From contig JBHENW010000177.1 in assembly GCA_046261875.1 (NCBI GenBank), forward strand, positions 1-58,988: 58,988 nucleotides of DNA, in the 5' to 3' direction. The notes under the pieces are model-generated. The model did not search any database and had not been told where the DNA came from. It saw only the letters and a program-made list of their open reading frames with translations. Position 1 is the first letter of the stretch; each line of letters starts with the position of its first letter. The stretch is from Thermoanaerobaculia bacterium (lineage in GTDB: Bacteria; Acidobacteriota; Thermoanaerobaculia; UBA5066; Gp7-AA6). Positions 36,347-46,842 of the stretch are shown here, in pieces. The position numbers were made by a program, and so were the translations under genes.

Positions 36347-38851
36347 ATGTCCATCAAAAGCCTGATGGGGCGGCTCTTGGCGGCCGGTCTCCTGCTCGCC
36401 ATGCCCCTCCCGGCGCAAACGCCCACGACCATTCCCTCGGGCCAGCTCCACGCGACCGAGAACAGCCGGCCCGTCAGCGGGGTCCGGGTGGAAGCCCGCC
36501 CGGACGGCTCGGTCTGGTTCCTGCTCCCGACCAACGACCGGATCGTCCAGCTTTCCGGCACCACGATGCGGCAGTGGCAGATCCGGCCGGACCGCAACAT
36601 CGGAGCCAACCCGGTCGATTTCGAGATCGACGGCGACTTCGTCTGGTTCATCGAGACGGGGCAGAGCCAGATCGACTCGAACGAATCGATCCTCGGGCGC
36701 CTGGATACGCGAAACGGCGCGCTGCGCGAGTGGGTCGTCCCGGGCTCCCGTCCGGCCGGATTCATCCGGGACGGCGAGAACCGCGTGTGGCTGCCGCAAA
36801 CCGACCGGCGCATCCAGCTCCTGGAGCTGGACACTCTGCGCGTCGTGGACTATCGCTCCCTCCTGACGGTCGCCTACAGCGACGTCGTCATGGGACCGGA
36901 CGGGGCGCTCTGGCTCGCGGATTTCGGGAACAACCGCATCGTCCGCTGGGAGCCGGGCGCCGCGACCGAGACTTCGTGGACGATGGTCGATCCGTTCCTC
37001 GGCCTGCTGAACACGACGCAGATCGAGTTCGACGCGCTCGGGCGGCTCTGGATGAGCCAGTTCGACGGGCTGAGCATGGACCGATTCGATCCGGGGACCG
37101 GAGAGCTGCGCATCTTCACCGGCTTCGCCCGTCCGATCCACTTCGACTTCTTCAACGGACGCCTCTACGTCGCCGAAGCGACGGGCGCCAACGGAACCGT
37201 CGCGGTGCTCGACCCCGCGATCGCGTCGAGCAGCACCCGCACGCTCACGCCGGCCACGATCGACGTCGGCGAGTCGGTCAATCGTCGGCGGGCCGAGGTG
37301 CGCGACTCCGCCGTCTCGCCCACGACGTTCTCCACCACCGCGGACGCGATCCCGGAAGCGGACCTCGTGGTGACTTCGACTGTGCCCGGCATCCTGCGCA
37401 CGCAGTTCCCTTCGCGCAACGCGTACGGGATCGACGTCGTCGGCGGGACGATCTGGGTCGGCTCGGAAGGGCGCCTCGCGCGCCTCCTCCTCCAGACGAT
37501 CGGGGCTCCCGCGGACCTGGCCGTGCCCGTCGCGAGCCAGTTCTCGGGACCGGAGGACTCGCAGATCCGCGTGGAGATCACGCTGCACAACCGGGGGACA
37601 CAGCCGATCACGGGCGAAGCGCTCTACCTCTTCTCCCCGGCATCGTTCGCTTCCCGGGAGACGTTCACCCTGGCTCCGGGGGGGACCCGCGTCATCCGCG
37701 ACGCTTTCCGGGGGGCTTCGTCGCAGGCGCTGGTCTTCGGCCCGGTCCGTTTCCGGGTGACCGCCGGCGCGGCCGGCGATCTCGCGACATCGGTCCGGAC
37801 GGTGCGCACGCGCCCCGACGGAGCGGGCTTCGGCTATGCGATCCCCGCGCGCACGGGCGCGGAGAGTCTCGGAGAGGGAGTTACCCGGACCCTCTTCACC
37901 GGCAGCCGCGCGACCGACATCTCGATCTTCGGGTTTTTCAGCCCCACGGGGGCGCAGGCCACGGCGACCCTCGTGGCGCCCGACGGGTCCGTGCGCGGCA
38001 GTCACGAGATCCTCGTCGTCGCCAACGTCGCCCAGGAGTTCAATCCCGCCTCCTCGGCATTCGGCGTCGCGCCGCAGCCGGGCGACGTGATCCGGGTCAG
38101 CGTCGCGTCCGGGACGCTCCAGCCCTACGTCCACGTCTTCCAGCCGTCCAGCACCGACGTCGCCGCGGCGCTGCCCGCGGCAGCCGGCCTCGAGTCCTTC
38201 TTCCCGAACGCCGGTTCTTTCCCGGGAGAAGAGCGCAGCTTCTTCTCGGACTTCCTCCTGTCGAACCCCGGCAACGCGCCGGCGTCTCTGACGGTTCGCT
38301 TCTTCCCGCTCGGCTCCACGAGCCCCATCGCGCGGAGCGTGCTGCTACCTGCCGGGAGCTCCCTGGTGTACGAGGACGCTCTTCCGTCCCTGTTCGGGGT
38401 GCCCTCCGGGCAGGGCGCGATCGCGATCTCCTCCGACGCGCCCGTCGCGGCCGCGCTGCGCGTGATGTCGCGGCAGCCGGACGGCGATTACTCCGGCTTC
38501 GCTCCCGCTCTCCAGGCGGAGGAAAGCGTTTCGTCGGACGGCTCCTCTCTCGCTTTCGGGCTGCAGCAGAACGGATCGCGACGGAGCCATCTGCTCCTCT
38601 TCAACGCCGGATCGGAGGGTGTTGCGACCGTCATCGGCTTCGACGGCGCGGGCAGCGAGGTCGGACGTCTGGACGTCCCCCTCGCGGCGGGAGAAGCCGC
38701 GCGCGTGAACTCGGTCTTCAACGCCCTGGGAAGCGGCGAGATGCCGGGCGGCTCGATCCGCGTCGCCGCGGCCGCCGGCATGCGCCTTTTCGCTCAGGCG
38801 GCGGAGCTGGACAACGTGACGAGCGACCCGGAGTACGCCAAGCTGGAGTAG
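36347..38851 (+). CDS. Secreted protein with a Vgb-like beta-propeller and repeated beta-sandwich modules
   Basis: Signal peptide; repeats PDGSVWF, GPDGALWLADFGNNRI and DALGRLW; C-terminal units ITLHNRG, FLLSNPG and LLLFNAG. Confidence 0.8.
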   Translation: MSIKSLMGRLLAAGLLLAMPLPAQTPTTIPSGQLHATENSRPVSGVRVEARPDGSVWFLLPTNDRIVQLSGTTMRQWQIRPDRNIGANPVDFEIDGDFVWFIETGQSQIDSNESILGRLDTRNGALREWVVPGSRPAGFIRDGENRVWLPQTDRRIQLLELDTLRVVDYRSLLTVAYSDVVMGPDGALWLADFGNNRIVRWEPGAATETSWTMVDPFLGLLNTTQIEFDALGRLWMSQFDGLSMDRFDPGTGELRIFTGFARPIHFDFFNGRLYVAEATGANGTVAVLDPAIASSSTRTLTPATIDVGESVNRRRAEVRDSAVSPTTFSTTADAIPEADLVVTSTVPGILRTQFPSRNAYGIDVVGGTIWVGSEGRLARLLLQTIGAPADLAVPVASQFSGPEDSQIRVEITLHNRGTQPITGEALYLFSPASFASRETFTLAPGGTRVIRDAFRGASSQALVFGPVRFRVTAGAAGDLATSVRTVRTRPDGAGFGYAIPARTGAESLGEGVTRTLFTGSRATDISIFGFFSPTGAQATATLVAPDGSVRGSHEILVVANVAQEFNPASSAFGVAPQPGDVIRVSVASGTLQPYVHVFQPSSTDVAAALPAAAGLESFFPNAGSFPGEERSFFSDFLLSNPGNAPASLTVRFFPLGSTSPIARSVLLPAGSSLVYEDALPSLFGVPSGQGAIAISSDAPVAAALRVMSRQPDGDYSGFAPALQAEESVSSDGSSLAFGLQQNGSRRSHLLLFNAGSEGVATVIGFDGAGSEVGRLDVPLAAGEAARVNSVFNALGSGEMPGGSIRVAAAAGMRLFAQAAELDNVTSDPEYAKLE

Positions 38852-38899
38852 CCGTCCGCTGCCCGGCGTCCGCGGTCAGCTCTCCCTATAATCCGCGGC

Positions 38900-39710
38900 C
38901 TGAGCTCCCAGGTACGACGCGTCTCTTCCGGCGGTCTCGAGCTGGCGGTGGAGATTCGCGGCGAAGGCCCTCCCCTGCTCTATGCGCACGGCCTGTCGGG
39001 CAATCGGGAGCGGACCTTCCTCGAGCTCGGGCCGCTCGGGGGCGACTACCGCATCGTCGCCTTCGACCAGCGCGGCCACGGGGATTCGACACGTCCGGGA
39101 CACGTCCCTCTACGATCCGGAGGGGATGGCCGCCGACGCGGCGGCGATCCTCGATGCCCTCGGGATCGATCGCGCCATCATCGGTGGCGAGTCCATGGGG
39201 GCGGCGACGGCCTTGCTCTTCGCGGCCCGCTGGCCGGAACGGGTCGAACGGCTCCTGCTCGTGGCTCCGGCTTTCGGCCGGGATCTCAATCCGGACTCCC
39301 TCCGTCTCACCGGTCTGGGACGGGAGATCGAGCGGGTCGGTTTGGAGCAGTTCCTCGCCAACTCGGGCGAGCGCCTGCGGTCGATTCACGGCGCGCCGCC
39401 CGAAGTCCTCGCCGCCGTGCGGCGGATGCACCTCTCGCACGATCCCGGCAGCCTCGCCGTTGCGTTCCAGGCCGTGTCGCGGTGGACCGTCGAGCCCGAC
39501 CTGTCCCGGCTTTCGACGCGGCGGCCGCCCGCGGCCGTCCTCGCGTGGAGCGGGGACGCGATGCACCCGATCGCTCTCGCCCGGGAGGTCGCGGCTCGCC
39601 TGCCGGGAGCGCGCTTCGAAGAGCTGCCCGGCTGGATGGAGGTTTTCGCCGACCCGGCGATCATCGGACGGGCGTTGAGCCGCATCTTCGCCGGGAAGGG
39701 GGAAGGATGA
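38900..39710 (+). pseudogene. Alpha/beta hydrolase, frameshifted near 39090
   Basis: One frame gives YAHGLSG..FDQRGHGDS; the next gives GESMG (nucleophile elbow) and DAMHP. Probable CTG start 7 nt after TATAAT. Confidence 0.8.
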
Positions 39711-40084
39711 GGGAACCCGTACATGCTCCCGGGGGAGCGGCGCCGAAAGGCCCGTACTCCCAGGGCATCGCAACCTCCGGACGGCTGCTTTTCGTTGCGG
39801 CGCAGGGGCCGATCGATCCGAAAACGGGCGAGGTCATCGCCGGGACGTTCGAGCAGCAGGCGTTGCAGGCGTTCGAGAACGTGCGCGCCGTCGTCGAGTC
39901 CGCGCGCGGCCGGATGGCCGACGTCGTGCGGGTCACGGTGTACATGCGCGAGTGGGACATGGAGACCCTCGACACGGTCTGGCGGAGGGTCTTCGCCCCT
40001 CCCTATCCGGTCCCAACCCCGGTGAAGACCGAGACGCCCATCGGCTCGATCCTCGTCGAGGTGACCGCAGCGCTTCCGGGCTAG
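39707..40084 (+). CDS. Rid/YjgF family protein
   Basis: GPYSQGI, LFVAAQGPIDP, ENV..V and VVRVTVY; ATGA overlap with the hydrolase. Confidence 0.88.
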   Translation: MREPVHAPGGAAPKGPYSQGIATSGRLLFVAAQGPIDPKTGEVIAGTFEQQALQAFENVRAVVESARGRMADVVRVTVYMREWDMETLDTVWRRVFAPPYPVPTPVKTETPIGSILVEVTAALPG

Positions 40085-40085
40085 G

Positions 40086-41171
40086 ATGGAGAGACCCGTG
40101 ACGAGCCTGGACGCCGCGACGCTGCATCGAGACAGCATCGTCATCGACGGTCTCAACGCGAGCCACTTCCTCGAGCCGAGGATCCTCGACCGCCTGGAGG
40201 CGGGAGGCGTCACGATGGTCCACGCGACCGTCGCCGCCTGGCAGGATCTGCGCGAGACCATGGGCCTCATCGCGGCGCACCAGGCGCTCTTCTCCCGTTT
40301 CGCCGATCGGATCATGCCGGTGCGCGAGACCGACGACATTCACCGCGCGAAGGGCGCCGGCCGCGTCGGCGTTCTGCTCGGGTTCCAGGGGACCGACCCG
40401 ATCGAGGACAACCTCCAGATGCTCTCGGTCTATCGCGACCTCGGGATCAAGATCATGCAGCTGACCTACAACGCGACGAACCGCGTCGGCAGCGGTTACC
40501 GTGTCCCCGAAGACCACGGCCTGACGCCGTTCGGGCGCGAGGTCATCGCGGAGATGAACCGTCTGGGAATCCTGATCGACCTGTCACACTGCGGCGACCG
40601 CACGACCAACGAGGCGATCGAGGCGTCCCGGAGGCCCGTCGCGATCACCCACGCCAACTCCCGCCGCTTCTCCAACCAGGCGCGCAACAAGTCACCGGAG
40701 ACGCTGCGGGCGCTCGCCGAGCGGGGAGGAATGGTCGGCGCCATGGCGTTTCCCCAGGTGCTGACCGGGCAGCCGAGGGCGTCGCTGGAAGACTTCCTCA
40801 AGGCGATCGAGGACCTGGCGGACCTCGTCGGGATCGATCGGGTGGGGCTCGGACCGGACTTCATGGAAGAGCTGCCACGTCACGTCATGTCCCAGGCCCT
40901 GGGCGGCTTCGATGACGACACCGCCGCGCGCTTCTTCTCGGCGCAGAAGGTCGAAGGGTTCGGCTCGGTCTCGGAGTTTCCCGGCGTGACGGAGGGTCTT
41001 CTCGCCCGTGGCTGGAGTCCGGAGGACGTGCGGAAAGTGCTCGGCGGGAACTGGCTGCGGTTCTACGAGGAGGCCTGGACTCCCGAGGTCCCCTCCTCCG
41101 AGCGCAAGCTGCCGGCGGGCGGGACGGCGGCGCAGCGACCCGGACTACGCGCTTACCCGCCACCCTTCTGA
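40086..41171 (+). CDS. Membrane dipeptidase (M19) family amidohydrolase
   Basis: IVIDGL, MQLTYN, GLTPFG..EMNRLGILIDLSH, THAN, RNK and GLGPDF. Confidence 0.9.
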   Translation: MERPVTSLDAATLHRDSIVIDGLNASHFLEPRILDRLEAGGVTMVHATVAAWQDLRETMGLIAAHQALFSRFADRIMPVRETDDIHRAKGAGRVGVLLGFQGTDPIEDNLQMLSVYRDLGIKIMQLTYNATNRVGSGYRVPEDHGLTPFGREVIAEMNRLGILIDLSHCGDRTTNEAIEASRRPVAITHANSRRFSNQARNKSPETLRALAERGGMVGAMAFPQVLTGQPRASLEDFLKAIEDLADLVGIDRVGLGPDFMEELPRHVMSQALGGFDDDTAARFFSAQKVEGFGSVSEFPGVTEGLLARGWSPEDVRKVLGGNWLRFYEEAWTPEVPSSERKLPAGGTAAQRPGLRAYPPPF

Positions 41172-41186
41172 ACTCCGGAACGCGCC

Positions 41187-42719
41187 TCATCGAAGTTCCC
41201 GTTTGAGAACCTTGCCGGTCGCGGTCATCGGCAACGCGTCGCGAAACTCGACGGAGCGCGGACACTTGAACGAGGCGAGGCGCTCGCGGCACCACCCGAG
41301 GATCTCCTCCTCGGACGCGCCGCCAGCCGGCTTGCGCACGACGTAGGCCTTGACCTCTTCGCCCAGACGCTCGTCGGGCACTCCGACGACGGCGACGAGG
41401 GAAACGGCGGGGTGGGTCATCAGCAGCTCCTCGATCTCGCGCGGATAGACGTTGAACCCGCCGCGCAGGATCATGTCCTTCTTGCGGTCCACGATGTAGA
41501 AGAAGCCGTCCTCGTCCTGGTATGCCACGTCGCCCGTGTGGAACCACCCCGACCGCATCGCCTCGGCGGTCGCTTCCGGTCGCCCGAGGTAGCCCTTCAT
41601 GACGTTGTGCCCGCGCACCACGATCTCTCCCTTTTCGCCGCGGGGCACCTCGCGGTCCGAGTCGTCGAAGACAGCCACCCGCGTCCCCCAGATCGTCTTC
41701 CCGATCGATCCCGTCTTGCGCTCTTCCCGCGACCGGTTGAAGGTCGCCACGGGCGATGTCTCCGAGAGGCCGTACCCCTCGAGGATCGTCACGCCGAAGG
41801 TCTCCTCGAACTGGCGCATGAGCTCGACCGGCATGGCCGCGCCCCCCGATACGCAGAGCCGCAGCGAATCCCGGATCGCGCCGGCGTGGCGGGCGCGGTC
41901 CGGATGGTTCAGCAAGGCCCAGTACATCGTCGGCACGCCCGCGAAAACGGTCACCCCGTCCTTCGCGAGGGATCGCAGCACCTTCTCGGCGTCGAACCGC
42001 GGCTGGAGCGCCACCGCGGCGCCCGCGTAGAAGCCGGCGTTCATGACGCAGGTCTGCCCGAAGGAATGGAAGAGCGGCAGCACGGCCATGAGCACGTCGT
42101 CGGAAGTCAGGTGGAACAGCCGCTCCGCGCAGTAGAGCGCGTTGAAGAACATGTTGAAGTGGGTCAGCTCGGCGCCCTTGGCCTGTCCCGTCGTGCCGCT
42201 CGTGTACAGGATGACCGCGGTGTCGTCGGGCATCCTCTGCGCGGGATCGAACTCCTCCGGGGCCGAGCGCAGGACCTCGCCGAGGCTCCGGATCTTTCCG
42301 TCCTCGGACGGGCCGCCGGCGCCGTCCCCTCCCGCCACCCAGAGCTGCTCACAGCCGGGCGCGTCCTCGAGGCTGCGCCGGGCCTCCGGGGCGAAGCCTT
42401 CGAAGGCCACGAGAAGCCGCGCGCTCGAATCGTTCAGGTGATAGGCGATCTCGCGCGCTTTCAAGAGAACATTGAGCGGGACGACGGTCGCCCCGGACAC
42501 GAGCGATCCGTAGTAGGCGACCGCGAAGTCCGGGATGTTGGGGAGCAGCAGGGCGACCCGGTCGCCCCGCCCCACCCCCGCCCGTGACAGCGCGGCGGCG
42601 AAGCGACGGGCGCCCGCATCGAGCTCAGCGTACGTCACGCGCCGGTCCCCCTGCACGATCGCCGGGCGGTCGGGGAGATCCGAGGCGGAAGTCTCGAGAA
42701 GAGTCGAGAGGTTGAGCAT
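41187..42719 (-). CDS. Long-chain fatty acid-CoA ligase
   Basis: YTSGTTGQAKG, PLFHSFG, EGYGLSETSP, WFHTGD and TGKVLK; GAGGAGG RBS. Confidence 0.93.
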   Translation of the reverse strand: MLNLSTLLETSASDLPDRPAIVQGDRRVTYAELDAGARRFAAALSRAGVGRGDRVALLLPNIPDFAVAYYGSLVSGATVVPLNVLLKAREIAYHLNDSSARLLVAFEGFAPEARRSLEDAPGCEQLWVAGGDGAGGPSEDGKIRSLGEVLRSAPEEFDPAQRMPDDTAVILYTSGTTGQAKGAELTHFNMFFNALYCAERLFHLTSDDVLMAVLPLFHSFGQTCVMNAGFYAGAAVALQPRFDAEKVLRSLAKDGVTVFAGVPTMYWALLNHPDRARHAGAIRDSLRLCVSGGAAMPVELMRQFEETFGVTILEGYGLSETSPVATFNRSREERKTGSIGKTIWGTRVAVFDDSDREVPRGEKGEIVVRGHNVMKGYLGRPEATAEAMRSGWFHTGDVAYQDEDGFFYIVDRKKDMILRGGFNVYPREIEELLMTHPAVSLVAVVGVPDERLGEEVKAYVVRKPAGGASEEEILGWCRERLASFKCPRSVEFRDALPMTATGKVLKRELR

Positions 42720-42756
42720 GGGCCGGAGTGTCCTCCTCGCTGAATATAGTTCCGGA

Positions 42757-43538
42757 ATGCCCCGCGCCCGCCGCAGCGGCGAGAAGGTCCGGGTCGCCGT
42801 CGTCGGCGGCGGTTTCATCGCCAAGGCGCACGCCGCCGCGTTCCATGCCCTCGCGGCCTACTACCCCGAGCTCCCGCCGGTCGACCGGACGGTCCTCTGC
42901 GACGCCACGGAGGATCTCGCCCGCACGGCCGCCGTCCGTCTCGGGTTCTCGCAGTGGGCCGTCGGCTGGGAGCGGACCGTCGAAAGAGAAGACGTGGATC
43001 TCGTCGTCATCGCCACGCCTCCCGACCTGCACCGGGACGTCGCCGTCGCCGCCACGCGGGCGGGGAAGGACGTCCTCTGCGAGAAACCGCTGGCCCGCAA
43101 CGCTGCCGAGGCGGCCGAGATGCTCCGCGAGGCGGATGCGGCCCGGGTTCTCCACGTCACCGGCTTCAATCACCGCCAGTCGCCTCTGCTGCGCCAGGCG
43201 CGGAGGCTCACCTCCGAGGGAGCGGTCGGCGACGTCTTCCACGTGACGGGCCGCTACTTCCAGGATTACGGCCGTGACCCGAGCCGGCCGGCGAACTGGC
43301 GCCATCAGACGGCTCGCGCGGGCGGCGGCGCGGTCACGGACGCCGGCTCGCATCTCATCGACGCCGTGCGGCTCCTCGCCGGGGACATCGCGGGCGATGT
43401 CCGGCGACGCGGAAGCGGTGAACTCCCTGGCGACCTTCGAGGACGGCTGGCGCGTATGCCGGGTGACGGACGCGGTCATCGAGTCCGGCGGCACCGGCCG
43501 GTGGGTCGAGATCCCCCAACACGGGAGCCGGCGGGTGA
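42757..43538 (+). pseudogene. Gfo/Idh/MocA oxidoreductase with an internal deletion and frameshift
   Basis: GGGFIA.AH, CEKPLA, GFNHR and GGGAVTDAGSHLID are followed almost immediately, in another frame, by the C-terminal ATFEDG..V..AV.ES..GRWVEI. Confidence 0.8.
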
Positions 43539-44384
43539 AGCTCGGCGTTTATCACCTGATCTGGGCGCCGCCTCTGACCGACGGGGAGTTCCCCGCGCTC
43601 GTGGAGCTCGCTCGCCGCGCGGGGCGCAGGTGCTGGAGATCGCCGCCTCCCGCGATCCCTTCCCGCTCGACGCGCGGAGCGCCCGGCGGGTGCTCGCCGA
43701 CGCCGGGCTCGAAGGGACGCTCGTCACGACGGTCTCGCCGGAGCTCGACATCGGTTCCGAGGACGCCGCGGCGCCCCGCCGGGGCGAGGAGCACCTCGCG
43801 CGATACCTCGGGACGGCGGAGGATCTCGGCTCGGGCATCCTGGCCGGCCCTCTCTACGGTCCGGTCTGGAATCCGACGCTGTTCTCGCCCGAGGGGCGCG
43901 CGAGCCGCTGGGGACGCTGCGTCGAAGGACTCGCGCGCCTCGGCGCCCGGGCGAGGGACCACGGGGTTTCGGTCGCAATCGAGCCCCTCTCACGCTTCCA
44001 TACGAGTTTCCTCAACACGGCGACCGACGGCGTTCGGCTGATCGATGAAATCGGGCATCCGGCGGTCGGGCTCCTCCTCGACACCTTCCAGATGAACATC
44101 GAGAGAAAAGCGTCGGGGATGGGATCCGCCTCGCCGGCCGGCGGCTCTTCCAGCTCCATGCCTCGGAGAACGACCGCGGCACTCCCGGGAGTGGGCACGT
44201 GGACTGGAACGACGTGCGCGACGCGCTGCGAGAGACCGGCTACGATGGGCGGGTCGTGATCGAGGCCTTCAATCCCGACGTCCCCCAGCTCGCGGAGTTC
44301 CTCAAAGTCTGGCGCCGCCTCGAGAGCGACCAGGACACGCTGGCCCGCGACGGGATCCGGTTCCTGCGGGAGCTGTTCGCCTAG
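43535..44384 (+). pseudogene. Sugar phosphate isomerase/epimerase (D-psicose/D-tagatose 3-epimerase-like), two frameshifts
   Basis: MKLGVY..W start; IEPLSRFH, LDTFQMNIE, HASENDRG.PGSGHVDW and VIEAF. Frame breaks near 43622 and 44105. Confidence 0.8.
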
Positions 44385-45880
44385 GCCGGCGAGCCGCGGC
44401 GCCGCGCCGCGAGGGCGGCCTGTACTTCGCGCCAGCGCTCGCGCGTGATTCCGTAGCGCGCGATGAAGAGGAGAGCGAAAGGCGCGGTGGCGAGCAGCAG
44501 GTACGTCGGCACCATCGCCAGGTTGAAGCGGGTCGAGGCGCTCTGGGCCTTCACGTTCGGGTCGAAGCCGATGAGCTCGAGCGCGAACCCCGAAAGCAAC
44601 GTGCTGATGGAGACCCCGGCGCTGTAGGCGAAGCTGTACATGCCGAAATAGAGCCCTTCGTCTCGCTTCCCCGTCCGCAGCTCCTCCACGTCCGCGGCGT
44701 CCGCGACCATCGCGTTTGGGACCGACATGAAAGCGCCGTTCCCGAGCCCGGCGAGGACCATGAACGCCCCGAGGGTCAGCAGCAGGGAGGGCCCCTCGAT
44801 CGGAAAGAGTCGCCACCAGACGTGCGACCAGGGAGCCCCGACGAAGCCGACGAACCCGACGATCAACCCGACCGTGAGCGCGGTCTTCTTCTCGTAGCGC
44901 TTCGTGAAGGCGACCCAGAGCGGCTGGGAGAGAACGGACGTCCCCAGGACGATGAGCGTCAGCACGCCGATCATCGGCCCGGACATCCCGTACGTGTACG
45001 TGTTGGTGTGGAACCCGATCGCGATGCCGAACTGGAAGCCCGCCTCGATGATGAAGATCATGAGGACGAGCATCCGGAGCTCCCGGTTGCGCAGCGCGCC
45101 GAGGAAGTCCGCGATAAGGTTGGCCGCCGACACGCGGCGCCGCCGCATCTCCTCCGTCCGCCCCGGGAGCCGGGGGATGTACTTCCAGGTCGCGGCGATG
45201 CAGACGGCGGCGGAGAAAAGAGCGGCGACGGCGAACGCGGCCCCCATGCGGGGGTACGCGGCGGGATTGAGCTGGCCGCGGGGATACTCGGGCGTCGAGC
45301 GGAAGAAGATGAGCGTCGCTCCGGCGATCGCCGCGATCATGCCGACGAGATAGAAGGCTGCCCGGTAGCCCTGGATCGCCGCCCGCTCGTCGTAGTCCGT
45401 CGAGAGCTCGCCGCCCAGAGCGAGGTAGGGGATCGAGTACACCGAGAGGGCCGTCTTCAAAGCGGTCACGGCGAAGAAGACCCCCCAGAAACGGACGGCC
45501 ACGGAGGCCTCGGGGGGAATCGACCAGAGGATCGCCGTGAGGGCCGCGACGAGCAGGCCGCCCGTCAGGAGGTAGAGGTGGCGGCGCCCCCACCGCCCGC
45601 CGTCGGTGTTGTCCGAGAGATAGCCGAGCAGGGGGTCGATCGCGGCATCCCACACGATCGTGAGCGCGATTGCCGTGCCGGCCGCCGCGGCGGGGACCTT
45701 GAGGATGGCCGTCGCGAAGAAGACAAGGAGGCTGGCGACGGCCTGGTACGGAAGCGAGAACGCGACGTTGCCGAAACCGTAGCCGAAGCGGTCGAACGCC
45801 GGGACCCGGGCGCCGGGCCGGGAAAACACGCCGGGTTTCGAGGCGGCAGCCGCGCTACGCGCGTCGGGCGGCGAGGGCAT
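44381..45880 (-). CDS. MFS transporter, GPH (glycoside-pentoside-hexuronide) family
   Basis: GYGFG, WDAAIDPLLGYLSD, GRRH, PYLALGGELSTDYDER and EGLYFG; about 12 TM helices. Confidence 0.92.
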   Translation of the reverse strand: MPSPPDARSAAAASKPGVFSRPGARVPAFDRFGYGFGNVAFSLPYQAVASLLVFFATAILKVPAAAAGTAIALTIVWDAAIDPLLGYLSDNTDGGRWGRRHLYLLTGGLLVAALTAILWSIPPEASVAVRFWGVFFAVTALKTALSVYSIPYLALGGELSTDYDERAAIQGYRAAFYLVGMIAAIAGATLIFFRSTPEYPRGQLNPAAYPRMGAAFAVAALFSAAVCIAATWKYIPRLPGRTEEMRRRRVSAANLIADFLGALRNRELRMLVLMIFIIEAGFQFGIAIGFHTNTYTYGMSGPMIGVLTLIVLGTSVLSQPLWVAFTKRYEKKTALTVGLIVGFVGFVGAPWSHVWWRLFPIEGPSLLLTLGAFMVLAGLGNGAFMSVPNAMVADAADVEELRTGKRDEGLYFGMYSFAYSAGVSISTLLSGFALELIGFDPNVKAQSASTRFNLAMVPTYLLLATAPFALLFIARYGITRERWREVQAALAARRRGSPA

Positions 45881-46689
45881 CCCGGACCTCCCGCTTCAGG
45901 ACTTTACCCTGCAGGCTGCGGGGAAGCTCGGGGAGGATCTCGACGGCGTCGGGACGCTCGTACGAGTCGAGCCGCTCAACGAGGTGGTGGAGGAGTTCGC
46001 CGCGCAGGCGCTCGGTATCCGGGCTTCCGCGCTGCGCCTTCCGCACCGACACGGCGAGGACGAGGCGTTCCGAATGCGGCATCTGGACCGCCGCCGCCTC
46101 CTTGACCATGGGGTGATCGCAGCACGCCTCTTCGACTCTCCGCGGATACACGTTCCGGCCGCCGCGCGTCATCACGTCCTTGAGCCGGTCGATCACGTGG
46201 AGCCGGCCGCGCGCGTCGAGATCCCGGTCAGGAAGCCCCGCGGCGCGGGCGCCGGGCAGGACGCGCCGCAGGTAGTCGGGGAAACGCGGCATGAGCCCGC
46301 CGTCGTACACCACGACCTTCGGGGCGGCGGAAGCGAGCGCCTGAGCCATCGCCTCGGGCGGGAGCAGCGGAGAAACTCCGAAGAGCGCGGCGCCGTGCTC
46401 GGCCCTGGCAAGGAGGAGCTCGAATGAAGATCTCCGGGCGGGGCGAGAGAACGGCGCCCATGAAGTCCTCCGGCCCGACGCCGAGCGAGTCGAAGAGGTT
46501 GGCCAGGCGGCGCGTCCGCTCCGCGACCTCGGCGTAAGTCCACCGCGCGCGGGTCGTGGCCAGGGCGGTCCGGTCTGCGTAACGGTCGAGCGCGCCGCGC
46601 AGCGCATCGCGGAGGTCGGCCCCTCGGGGAAACGTGCCGGAGCCGGCACTTTCCGCGGCCGCGAAGCCGGAGGGCGGAGCTCTTTCCAT
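45855..46689 (-). pseudogene. AMP-binding acyl-CoA synthetase remnant (central part deleted, frameshifted)
   Basis: N-terminal WTYAEV..RRLAN and C-terminal IDRLKD..GGRNVYP..VEE and LPRS..GKVLK are present; the P-loop and GYG motifs are absent. Confidence 0.8.
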
Positions 46690-46842
46690 GAACACCTCCC
46701 GATCACTTCCCGCATCGGGGCTCCATGGCAGGGCCTTGGCTCGGCGGCCGATCGGGCGGCCGAGTCAGGGTCCTACCGGTCGCCCGGAGACCCGCGATGC
46801 TCTATTGGACTCTCGTCTGTACCGAGACTTTACACCCTGATC

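Noticed and set aside
38948-40084. Apparent hydrolase-Rid fusion ORF
   Set aside because: The middle is out of frame because of the frameshift near 39090; Rid starts at ATG 39707.
42535-44259. Apparent oxidoreductase-epimerase fusion protein
   Set aside because: Produced by a deletion and frameshifts; the epimerase has its own GTG start at 43535.
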